Source: Candidatus Nanopusillus sp. (GTDB taxonomy: Archaea > Nanobdellota > Nanobdellia > Nanobdellales > Nanobdellaceae). From it: a stretch of DNA of 32,000 bases. Positions within the stretch are counted from its first letter, which is position 1, and each line of letters begins with the position of its first letter. Below the pieces are notes generated by a model. That model had not been told where the DNA came from and did not search any database. It saw nothing but the letters and a program-made list of their open reading frames with translations. Shown piece after piece: positions 23,429-31,491 of this stretch. A program made the position numbers and the translations under genes. The stretch spans positions 1-32,000 of the forward strand of contig JAPWTZ010000003.1 of the NCBI GenBank assembly GCA_028275775.1, read 5' to 3'.

Positions 23429-23623
23429 TTATGCTTGTAATTTGTCTCCTACCTTCTTTATTGATCCTTCTCTTAATAATCTTGATACTAATGCTTTTAT
23501 AACTCTAACTCTTGTTCTTGGTCTTTTAGATTTTACTGCTTTTACTAATTCATCAACGGTTTTTGGAGTTTTTAATAATTCTAATAAAAGCTCTTTTAGT
23601 GTTTTTCTTCTTCTAGCTGCCAT
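23429..23623 (-). CDS. small basic winged-helix-like DNA-binding protein
   Basis: MAARRRKTLKELLLELLKTPKTVDELVKAVKSKRPRTRVRVIKALVSRLLREGSIKKVG. Helix-turn-helix-like pattern. More protein-like than the overlapping + strand ORF. Confidence 0.55.
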   Translation of the reverse strand: MAARRRKTLKELLLELLKTPKTVDELVKAVKSKRPRTRVRVIKALVSRLLREGSIKKVGDKLQA

Positions 23624-23712
23624 ATATTAATATTGTTGAAATTAATTTATAAATTTATATCAATAATTTTTAAAAAAATATTTTATTTTATGTTTCTAAA
23701 ATATTTTATATT

Positions 23713-24447
23713 ATGGATAATAAAATAAAAGAATTAATAAATAAATCTAATATATTACTTGAAATATTGGATGCTAGGTTTCCAAAATTATGTAGAGTAA
23801 AATATATAGAAAAATATATAAAAAATAAAAATAAGGACCTAATATTGGTTTTAAATAAATCTGATTTAGTAAGTGAAGATTTTCTAAAAAAAGTGGTAGA
23901 AGAATTTAGTAAAGAATATATAACAGTATATATGTCAGCAATATATAGAAAAGGAAGTAGAAAGTTAAGAGAGGCAATAAAAAAAGTTGGAAAGAAATAT
24001 GAAAAAGCATATATCGGGGTATTTGGATATCCAAATACTGGAAAGTCTTCAATAATAAATATATTGGTTGGAAGAAGAAGTGCTGGTACTTCTCCAAAAC
24101 CAGGATTTACAAAGCATTTACAAATAATTAAATTATCTAGAAAATATTATTTAATAGATTCTCCAGGTATTGTTGAAACAAAAAATAAATATTTATTATC
24201 AATTTTGGGAGCATATGATGTAGATAAATTAGAATATCCAGAAAAGGCAGTTTTATATTTATATAAAAAGATAGGTAAAAAACCATTTGAAGAATATTAT
24301 AATATAAATATAGAAAATATAAAAGATTTATTTATTAAATTAAGGGAGAAGTATAATATAAAAAATGATTTTGATTGGATAAAAAGGGTTTCAAAAATTA
24401 TATTATATGATTGGCAAAAAGGAAAAATAAGAGCTTTTTTTCTTTAA
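23713..24447 (+). CDS. circularly permuted GTPase (YlqF/RbgA-like ribosome biogenesis GTPase)
   Basis: Permuted motif order: LVLNKSDL (G4), then GYPNTGKSSIIN (G1), then LIDSPGI (G3). Confidence 0.85.
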   Translation: MDNKIKELINKSNILLEILDARFPKLCRVKYIEKYIKNKNKDLILVLNKSDLVSEDFLKKVVEEFSKEYITVYMSAIYRKGSRKLREAIKKVGKKYEKAYIGVFGYPNTGKSSIINILVGRRSAGTSPKPGFTKHLQIIKLSRKYYLIDSPGIVETKNKYLLSILGAYDVDKLEYPEKAVLYLYKKIGKKPFEEYYNINIENIKDLFIKLREKYNIKNDFDWIKRVSKIILYDWQKGKIRAFFL

Positions 24448-24500
24448 CCGCGGTGTCACCAGCCTCATACTCGGAATCCCTCATTGATCAGGAGGTGCGA
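24448..24500. ncRNA. unclassified GC-rich element, probable small structured RNA
   Basis: CCGCGGTGTCACCAGCCTCATACTCGGAATCCCTCATTGATCAGGAGGTGCGA is an isolated GC-rich island between convergent genes. In this window the other comparable islands I noticed are RNA genes. I could not derive a tRNA, C/D or H/ACA architecture. Confidence 0.4.
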
Positions 24501-24537
24501 TAATAATTATATACTTTTTTAAATTATAAAATTATAT

Positions 24538-24586
24538 ATGAAGAAATCGATGTCGACTGAAAGATGATGAAAAGAGGGTATTCAGA
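24538..24586 (+). ncRNA. candidate C/D box sRNA with degenerate terminal boxes
   Basis: AUGAAGA (C-like) - 12 nt AAUCGAUGUCGA - CUGA (D') - AAG - AUGAUGA (C') - 12 nt AAAGAGGGUAUU - CAGA (D-like). It has the same 49-nt 12/3/12 geometry as the sRNA at 2497-2545. The terminal boxes each deviate by one base but keep the GA dinucleotides. Confidence 0.45.
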
Positions 24587-25528
24587 TTATAAAAATTCAG
24601 ATATAATTATTGGCAATATAATTGTTATATCCCCCCATATATTTACATGTTTTGCATTTTTTCTAATTTTTTTCCAAGTTATTGCTTCTTTTGTTTTTGC
24701 TCCAGATAAACTTCCATCTAACTCATTTGCAGAACTAATATATATTGCATATTCTAATCCTCCAGAAAATTGAGCCCACCATATTGTATGATGTTTTGAT
24801 ATTCCTCCTCCTAAAATTAAAGCTCCAACCTTTCTTTCTCCAAAGAATTTTGATGCTAAAAATTTTTCATCTTCCCATACAGATACTTGTATATCTGGAT
24901 AATCATATTCTTTCATTAATATTTGTGTTCCAACTGCACCATCCGTAATTCCAGGTACAATTATTGGTATATTATTTTTATATGACCAATATATTATACT
25001 TTCTTCTTTTTTATCAAATTTTTCTAATCTTTTTCCAATTTCAAATATTAATTCATGAGTAGATATTAAATTCCTATTTTTATTTTTTAATTCTTTAAAT
25101 ATATCATCTAAAATTGGTCTTAATGTATTTTCAATTGCTATACCATAATTTTCTTCTGGTATATATATGTTTCCTAACCTTAATATTCCTTCTTCCCTTA
25201 ATTTTATATCATCAGAATCAAAATATCCCAAATAATAATCTTTTGTTAGTCTTGCAATATCATGATCTAATGTTCCAGCTGTTGTAATAATTATATCAAA
25301 TAACTTATTTTTAATAATATCCTTAATTATACCTCTAATTCCTGTTGCAATAATATCTGCAGGAAAACTTAATACTTTAATTGTATTTTTATCATTTAGC
25401 ATTTCTTTTAATATTTCATATCCTCTATATAATTCTTGTGCCTGAAATCCTCCTATATATTTAAATTGCTCTATTAAATCTCTTATTTTCATATCTTTAT
25501 TTATTTTTAAATCTCTCACAGGATCCAT
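24587..25528 (-). CDS. dys: deoxyhypusine synthase
   Basis: LSFPADIIATGIRG...IITTAGTLDHDI...ILGGGISKHH, typical DHS motifs. 313 aa. Confidence 0.92.
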   Translation of the reverse strand: MDPVRDLKINKDMKIRDLIEQFKYIGGFQAQELYRGYEILKEMLNDKNTIKVLSFPADIIATGIRGIIKDIIKNKLFDIIITTAGTLDHDIARLTKDYYLGYFDSDDIKLREEGILRLGNIYIPEENYGIAIENTLRPILDDIFKELKNKNRNLISTHELIFEIGKRLEKFDKKEESIIYWSYKNNIPIIVPGITDGAVGTQILMKEYDYPDIQVSVWEDEKFLASKFFGERKVGALILGGGISKHHTIWWAQFSGGLEYAIYISSANELDGSLSGAKTKEAITWKKIRKNAKHVNIWGDITIILPIIISEFL

Positions 25529-25556
25529 TTATAAAATTTAAATAAAAAATTTTAAA

Positions 25557-25886
25557 ATGGATTATATAACAATAGATGAATTCTCAAAAATAAAATTGGT
25601 TGTTGGAAAGGTTATAGATGTACAGGATCATCCAAATGCAGATAGATTATATATATTAAAAGTTGATTTGGGAAATGAAGTAAGACAAATTGTATCTGGA
25701 ATAAAACAATGGTATAAAAAAGAAGAATTATTAAATAAAAAAATAATAATTGTTTATAATTTGCAACCAAAAAGTTTTAGAGGAGTAGAATCTCAAGGGA
25801 TGTTATTAGCTGCAGAAGATGGAAAAGGTAATTTATCATTATTAACAGTTGATAGAGATATAAAGGAAGGATCTTTTGTTCATTAA
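25557..25886 (+). CDS. stand-alone tRNA-binding domain protein (Trbp111/CsaA/MetRS C-terminal-like)
   Basis: VVGKVIDVQDHPNADRLYILKVDLG...RQIVSGI...NLQPKSFRGVESQGMLLAAED. Confidence 0.85.
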   Translation: MDYITIDEFSKIKLVVGKVIDVQDHPNADRLYILKVDLGNEVRQIVSGIKQWYKKEELLNKKIIIVYNLQPKSFRGVESQGMLLAAEDGKGNLSLLTVDRDIKEGSFVH

Positions 25887-25890
25887 AAGT

Positions 25891-27174
25891 TTAATCTTTA
25901 TTAAAGTTAAATAATTCATAAGAGCTTCTTTCATTTATTTCTCCAGCAATATTTGTTAAAAACATTTTTTTAACTTCTTCGTAATTTTCTGTATGTCCTA
26001 AAACATACATTAATTTTACATATGCTGTTTCTGGATGCATATCTTCTGCATATATAACTCCTAAATTATATAATAATCTTGCATTACTATATACAAAAGG
26101 ATTTGTTCTTCCAAATATTGTTTGAGATGTCATAACAAATATTGTACCTTTTTCTATTCCATATTTTATATTTTCAATCCACGAATATTTTTTATCTGTT
26201 GGACTTGTTGGTACATGCCCAAATCCTGTTCCTTCTATTACAATCCCTTTGTAATTTTTATCTACATAATATTTTATTATATCAGGATCAGAACCTGGAT
26301 ATGTTTTTATTAATGCAACCTTTTTACATAATTTATCATCCAAATATGGATTATTATTATTATTTCTTTTTCTATAATTATTATCGATTATTTCAATCTT
26401 TTTATTATATGGAAATATCTTTGCCAATGGTAAAGAATTTATTGATTGAAATGCATCTCTTCTTTCTGTATGCATTTTTCTAACTTTTGTTCCTCTATGT
26501 GCATATGAAAAAATATCAGAACTGCTTCCATGCATTACAACTGCTATTTCTGCTATATCAGAATTATCATATACTGCAGAAGATAATAAATTGAAAAATG
26601 CATCTGAGGATGGTCTATCAGAAGATCTCTGGGATCCAGTAATTGAAACTGGTTTATTTAAATTTTTTACAATAAAAGATAATGCTGCTGATGTATAATG
26701 CATTGTATCAGTTCCATGTAATATTGTTACCCCATTTATGTCATCATTTAATAACTTTACTAATATTTTTCCAATTTCTATCCAATTATCCGGTATCATA
26801 TCTTCTGAAGCAATTGAAAATGGTATTTCTATATTTTTAATTTCAACATAATCTAATAGATCTGGTGCTAGATCAATTAATTCTTCAGGTTTAGTTAACA
26901 TATGAACTCCACCAGTTCTATAATCTATTTTTGATAATATTGTTCCGCCAGTGGCTAATATTGATATTTTATTCTTCTTACTTTCTAATTTTTTATATTC
27001 TTTATTCTCATATTTTGATTCTATTTCTTCCTTATTTAATTCTAAAATATCATCATTTTTTATTCCAATATTATAACCGTTCTTTAATTTTATTATTATA
27101 AATTCAGATGTTTCATTTACTAAATAACCTTCAAATACTTTGTTATCTTTCGTTCTTATTTTTGCATATTTCAT
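25891..27174 (-). CDS. gatD: glutamyl-tRNA(Gln) amidotransferase subunit D
   Basis: N-terminal GatD-specific domain, then an asparaginase-like core (ISILATGGTILSKIDYRTGGV, ILHGTDTMHYT). Confidence 0.92.
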   Translation of the reverse strand: MKYAKIRTKDNKVFEGYLVNETSEFIIIKLKNGYNIGIKNDDILELNKEEIESKYENKEYKKLESKKNKISILATGGTILSKIDYRTGGVHMLTKPEELIDLAPDLLDYVEIKNIEIPFSIASEDMIPDNWIEIGKILVKLLNDDINGVTILHGTDTMHYTSAALSFIVKNLNKPVSITGSQRSSDRPSSDAFFNLLSSAVYDNSDIAEIAVVMHGSSSDIFSYAHRGTKVRKMHTERRDAFQSINSLPLAKIFPYNKKIEIIDNNYRKRNNNNNPYLDDKLCKKVALIKTYPGSDPDIIKYYVDKNYKGIVIEGTGFGHVPTSPTDKKYSWIENIKYGIEKGTIFVMTSQTIFGRTNPFVYSNARLLYNLGVIYAEDMHPETAYVKLMYVLGHTENYEEVKKMFLTNIAGEINERSSYELFNFNKD

Positions 27175-27228
27175 AAAAGTTTAATATAAAAAATATTTTA
27201 ATTTTTTATTATAAAAATATTTAACAAA

Positions 27229-27522
27229 TTATTTTAATGGATAAATATAATTTGTTCCATTTATATTACATATAATATCTGTTGAATTATAATAGCAATT
27301 TACATATGTTTGATTTATGCTATTTAAATAACATTGAGAAAAATTATAAACTTGTCCTAAAAATGCATAATTTATCATATTCTGTGCGCAATCTGCATAT
27401 GCTATAATATTTGAATCCATATGAATAATATTTGTCGATAAATATTGAGTGGTAGCTACTATTGATGCTGCTATAATTAATGCTGGTAGTATAAACATTG
27501 GTAAGGTAGATTCTAACTTCAT
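27229..27522 (-). CDS. small secreted/membrane Cys- and sequon-rich protein
   Basis: Hydrophobic N-terminus LPMFILPALIIAASIVATT, then an N/Y/C-rich region (NFS, NQT, NST, NGT sequons; 5 Cys). Composition resembles the 14.3-17.3 kb proteins. Confidence 0.45.
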   Translation of the reverse strand: MKLESTLPMFILPALIIAASIVATTQYLSTNIIHMDSNIIAYADCAQNMINYAFLGQVYNFSQCYLNSINQTYVNCYYNSTDIICNINGTNYIYPLK

Positions 27523-27807
27523 AATAATAATAGTTATAATAAATTTTATAAATTTTATCTTTTCTGATTATCTTATAATTTATTTAATAGCAATGATCTA
27601 TGTAATATTTAAAAATTTATTTATTAATGATTATCTTAACATGATTTTTTTACTATTCAGAAAAATTTGTTAAGTATTTATATAATTTATATATTTTATT
27701 ATTTTATGTTAAAAGCTATCTTAAATTTATGAAAATTCACTAAGACCTTCAAAAAACACTATTTTTTTATAGAAATATTTTTAATATGCGAAATGCCATA
27801 ACTATAA

Positions 27808-28893
27808 ATGGCAGAAGCTAATAATAAAATGGAAGATGAAATAATAGGAGTATCGCCAGGAGAGGAGTTTAAATTGTTGCCAACAATAAAAATAATAGGT
27901 GTAGGCGGGGCAGGATGTAATATGGCAGATTGGTTATATAGAATGAATATAAAAGGTGCTGAAGTAATTGCAGCAAATACAGATTATGCTCATTTAAAGA
28001 TAGTTAGAGCCCATAAAAAAGTTCTATTAGGTAAAGAAGTTACAAGGGGATTGGGTGCTGGAGGATTGCCATCAAAAGGAATGGAAGCTGCAAGATCTTC
28101 TCAATCAGATATAAGGAAATTATTAGAAGGTGCAGATATGGTTTGGATATTATTAGGTTTAGGAGGAGGAACTGGTACAGGAGGAGCACCAGTTGTTGCA
28201 CAAATAGCAAAAGAAGCTGGAGTACCACTTGTAGTAGCAGTTGCAACATTACCTTTCTATAATGAAGGTGTAGTAAGAAGAGAAAAAGCAGAAGAGGGTC
28301 TAGCACAATTAAGAAAATATGCAGATAATGTTATATTAATTGATAACAATAAGATATTACAATATGCAGGTAATTTACCATTTACACAAGCATTTGGATA
28401 TGCAAATAATTTAATAGGACAAATGATAAAGGGTTTAGTAGAAACATTTGATAAAGCTTCATATATTAACTTAGATTTCGCAGATGTAAAAACAGTATTA
28501 GGTGTAGGTGGGGCTTCAATAGTAGGTATTGGAATTGCAGATGATGAAAAGAGAGCAGTAACTGCTGCAAAGAGGGCATTAGAATTACCATTATTGGATG
28601 TTGATTATAATGGTGCAGCTGGTGCTTTAGTACATGTTGAAGGAGGACCAGATATGACATTAAATGAAATAAATGAAGCAATGGAATATATAAAACAACA
28701 TCTAGGAGAAGATGCATTAACAATAATGGGTGCAAGGCAATCTGAAGAAATGAAAGGAAAGATTAAGGTTACAGTAATTATATCTGGAGTTAAGAGTCCA
28801 TATATATTAGGAAAATGGAAGGAAGAATGGGAATCTGGAGAATTAACAAAAGTAAGGAAAGATGTGAATCTAGGTATTGATGTACTACAATAG
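27808..28893 (+). CDS. ftsZ: cell division GTPase FtsZ
   Basis: IKIIGVGGAGCN and the tubulin signature GLGGGTGTGGAPVVAQIAKE. 361 aa. Confidence 0.95.
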   Translation: MAEANNKMEDEIIGVSPGEEFKLLPTIKIIGVGGAGCNMADWLYRMNIKGAEVIAANTDYAHLKIVRAHKKVLLGKEVTRGLGAGGLPSKGMEAARSSQSDIRKLLEGADMVWILLGLGGGTGTGGAPVVAQIAKEAGVPLVVAVATLPFYNEGVVRREKAEEGLAQLRKYADNVILIDNNKILQYAGNLPFTQAFGYANNLIGQMIKGLVETFDKASYINLDFADVKTVLGVGGASIVGIGIADDEKRAVTAAKRALELPLLDVDYNGAAGALVHVEGGPDMTLNEINEAMEYIKQHLGEDALTIMGARQSEEMKGKIKVTVIISGVKSPYILGKWKEEWESGELTKVRKDVNLGIDVLQ

Positions 28894-28923
28894 ACTTTTT
28901 TAATTTAATTTTATATATTTTTT

Positions 28924-30618
28924 ATGGAGTTTGCGAAACTTGCTGAGGTATTTAGGAAATTAGAATCTGTTTCTGAAAAAAATCAAAAAACAGAAATATT
29001 AGCTAGATTTATTAAGGAAATAGATAAAGATTCTTTAAAAGAGACTTTTATGTTATTACAGGGAATGATTTTTTATCCATGGGAAGATAAGGATATAGGA
29101 ATAGCTGAAAAATTTACTATTAGAGCTTTATCTTTGGCTACAGGTTATGATAAGGATTATATTGAAAGTTTATTTGTAAAAACAGGAGATCTTGGGGTAG
29201 TTGCAGAAAAATTAGTAGCGGAAAGAAAACAAAAATCCATATTTACAAAGAAATTAACTGTAAAGGATGTATACAATACTTTTAGGACAATAGGAGAATT
29301 GGAAGGAGAAGGAACACAAGATAAAAAGATTAAATATCTGGCTAATTTATTTATTTCATCATCACCAATAGAAGCAAAATATATTGCAAGATTAACATTA
29401 GAGGATTTAAAAATAGGTGTTGGGGAGGGAATTATAATAGATTCTATAGCTATGGCCTTTGGTTTACCATCAGAAAATGTAGAAATTGCTTATTCAATTT
29501 TGAATGATTTTGGTGAACTGGTAAAACAAATTTTAGAAAAAGGAAAGGATATTGTATTTAAATTAGAACCAATATTAGGAAATCCAATTAGAGTAATGTT
29601 AGCAATAAAAGCGGAGAGTGCTAAAGAGGCTTTAGATGTTGTTGGAAGACCTGCACAGGTTGAATATAAATATGATGGATTTAGGGTTCAAATACATAAA
29701 AAAGGTGATCAAATATCTTTATGGACTAGGAGATTGGAAAATGTAACAAAGCAATTTCCAGATGTAATAGAATATATTAAAGAATGTTTTCCAAATGATA
29801 AGGACTTTTTAGTTGAGGGAGAAATTGTTGGATATGATAAAGAAAATAAAAAATATTTACCATTTCAGAGGATTTCTAGAAGAATTAGAAGAAAATATGA
29901 TATAGAAAAGATGGTTAAGGAAATACCCGTTGTTGTTAGAATCTTTGATATAATTTATTATGATGGAAAATCTTTAATAAATACACCATTTAAAGAAAGA
30001 AGAAAGATATTGGAATCAATAGTAAAGCAAGATATAAATAAAATATCATTATCAGAAAGTATAATAACATCTTCAGATGAAGAAGCTCAAAAATTTTTTG
30101 AAGAGGCAATTAGTAATGGTTTAGAAGGTGTTATGTTTAAAAAATTAGATGCGCCATATCATCCTGGAAGAAGGGTTGGTTATATGGTTAAATTAAAACC
30201 TGTAAAAGAGTCTTTAGATGTGGTAATAGTTGGTGCTGAATGGGGAGAAGGAAAGAGAAGTGGATGGTTAACATCCTTTGTGATTGCTGTTAGGGATGAA
30301 AAAACAGGAAAATTATTGGAAGTTGGCGAAGTAGGAAGTGGATTTAAAGAGAAAAAGGAAAGTCCAGATGATGTAACATTTGAGGAAATGACAGAAATGT
30401 TAAAAGATTATATAGAGGAGCAAAATGGAAAGTATGTAAAGATTAAACCAAAAATTGTAATAGAGGTATTGTATGATGAAATAGAGAAAAGTCCTAAATA
30501 TTCTTCAGGTTATGCACTAAGGTTTCCTAGGTTTATAAGACTTAGACCTGATAAATCTGTTGAGGATGCTGATACTATTGATAGGTTAGTAGAACTATAT
30601 AAAAGCCAAAAAAAGTAA
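28924..30618 (+). CDS. lig: ATP-dependent DNA ligase
   Basis: Adenylation motif I EYKYDGFRVQIH, plus EGEIVG, EGVMFK and the OB-fold region LKPV...DVVIVGAEWGEGKR. Confidence 0.95.
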   Translation: MEFAKLAEVFRKLESVSEKNQKTEILARFIKEIDKDSLKETFMLLQGMIFYPWEDKDIGIAEKFTIRALSLATGYDKDYIESLFVKTGDLGVVAEKLVAERKQKSIFTKKLTVKDVYNTFRTIGELEGEGTQDKKIKYLANLFISSSPIEAKYIARLTLEDLKIGVGEGIIIDSIAMAFGLPSENVEIAYSILNDFGELVKQILEKGKDIVFKLEPILGNPIRVMLAIKAESAKEALDVVGRPAQVEYKYDGFRVQIHKKGDQISLWTRRLENVTKQFPDVIEYIKECFPNDKDFLVEGEIVGYDKENKKYLPFQRISRRIRRKYDIEKMVKEIPVVVRIFDIIYYDGKSLINTPFKERRKILESIVKQDINKISLSESIITSSDEEAQKFFEEAISNGLEGVMFKKLDAPYHPGRRVGYMVKLKPVKESLDVVIVGAEWGEGKRSGWLTSFVIAVRDEKTGKLLEVGEVGSGFKEKKESPDDVTFEEMTEMLKDYIEEQNGKYVKIKPKIVIEVLYDEIEKSPKYSSGYALRFPRFIRLRPDKSVEDADTIDRLVELYKSQKK

Positions 30619-30653
30619 TTCTATTTTTAAGCTTTTTATTATATAGATAAATT

Positions 30654-31490
30654 ATGGTTATAAGTGAAGAGTTGGTAGAGAAGATAAAGTCATCTTTTAA
30701 TTTGAATACTTATGAAGCTAGGATATGGTTGGCCCTATTAATGAAAGGAGTTGCGACTGCTGGAGAATTGGCAGATATTGCAGATATACCAAGGTCAAGA
30801 GCATATGATGTTTTAGAATCATTAGAAAAGAAAGGATTTGTAATCATGAAACTTGGAAAACCAATAAAATATCTTGCTGTTCCACCTACAGAAGTTGTTG
30901 AAAGAGTAAAAAGAAGATATGAAGAAACAATGACAAGAAAAATTAATGAATTGGAAAAAGTAAAGACTTCTGACTTAATTAAAGAATTAGATGCATTACA
31001 TAAATCTGGTGCTGGATCAATAGATGTTTCTGAAAAATCTGGAGCAATAAGAGGGCAGCAAAATATAATAAGTCATTTAGAATCAATGTTGAAAGAAGCT
31101 GAAAAACATGTAAATATTGTTACAACTCAATTAACATTTGTTAGAGATGCAATTGCATTGAAGCCAATATTTTATGAATTAAGAGAAAGACAAATACCAG
31201 TTAGAATTATAACACCAATAGATGAGGGAAATGCAAAATATGTACAAGAATTAATGAGTGTAGTTGAAATATATGATGCTGGAGATTATAGGGGAAGAAT
31301 TGTTACAATTGATTCTGAAGAAATATTAATGATGTTGTTTGATGAAAAAGAAGTTCCATCTTCAATGGATGTTGCTGTTTGGTTGTATGCACCAGCATTG
31401 GCAAAATTCATAGATGATATGATTGAAGTATTATTGCCAAAATTAAAACCAGCACAACAAAGTTTAGTTGAAAAGAAATTAATAATATAG
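30654..31490 (+). CDS. trmB: TrmB-family transcriptional regulator
   Basis: YEARIWLALLMKGVATAGELADIADIPRSRAYDVLESLEKKGFV (TrmB wHTH) plus a C-terminal effector-like domain. Confidence 0.85.
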   Translation: MVISEELVEKIKSSFNLNTYEARIWLALLMKGVATAGELADIADIPRSRAYDVLESLEKKGFVIMKLGKPIKYLAVPPTEVVERVKRRYEETMTRKINELEKVKTSDLIKELDALHKSGAGSIDVSEKSGAIRGQQNIISHLESMLKEAEKHVNIVTTQLTFVRDAIALKPIFYELRERQIPVRIITPIDEGNAKYVQELMSVVEIYDAGDYRGRIVTIDSEEILMMLFDEKEVPSSMDVAVWLYAPALAKFIDDMIEVLLPKLKPAQQSLVEKKLII

Positions 31491-31491
31491 A

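Noticed and set aside
23442-23630. A + strand 62-aa ORF overlapping the small wHTH gene.
   Set aside because: Its translation (MSPTFFIDPSLNNLDTNAFITLTL...) lacks any fold-like pattern. The minus-strand product has a basic N-terminus and helix-turn-helix periodicity.
24448-24500. The GC-rich island interpreted as a split-tRNA half, as in Nanoarchaeum.
   Set aside because: Neither strand has a T-loop (UUCRAAU), a D-arm consensus, or an acceptor-like 7-mer with a plausible partner. It is kept only as an unclassified RNA candidate.
24564-24773. A + strand 69-aa ORF starting at ATGATGA.
   Set aside because: It is antisense to the 3' end of deoxyhypusine synthase. Its start is better explained as the C' box of a C/D-like sRNA.
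27449-27673. A + strand 74-aa hydrophobic ORF in the ftsZ upstream spacer.
   Set aside because: It overlaps the 5' end of the minus-strand 97-aa gene and then runs through low-complexity AT-rich spacer. It has no motifs and an I/F/N-only composition.
27794-27813. A 6-bp inverted repeat, TGCCAT(8 nt)ATGGCA, that could sequester the ftsZ start codon.
   Set aside because: The stem is short, with only modest predicted stability for a presumed thermophile, and half of it is the start codon plus an Ala codon. It is likely coincidental.
1837-28735. About 20 remaining 60-113-aa track ORFs nested inside or antisense to larger genes. Examples: 1837..2067, 9640..9849, 10135..10317, 10594..10921, 11457..11832, 12077..12265, 12468..12650, 15311..15496, 16853..17047, 18199..18483, 21582..21767, 22685..22867, 23906..24097, 24745..24948, 26122..26483, 28040..28306 and 28466..28735.
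   Set aside because: Each overlaps a longer ORF with clear family motifs. Their translations are L/F/I/Y-rich strings typical of out-of-frame or antisense reading of AT-rich coding DNA.
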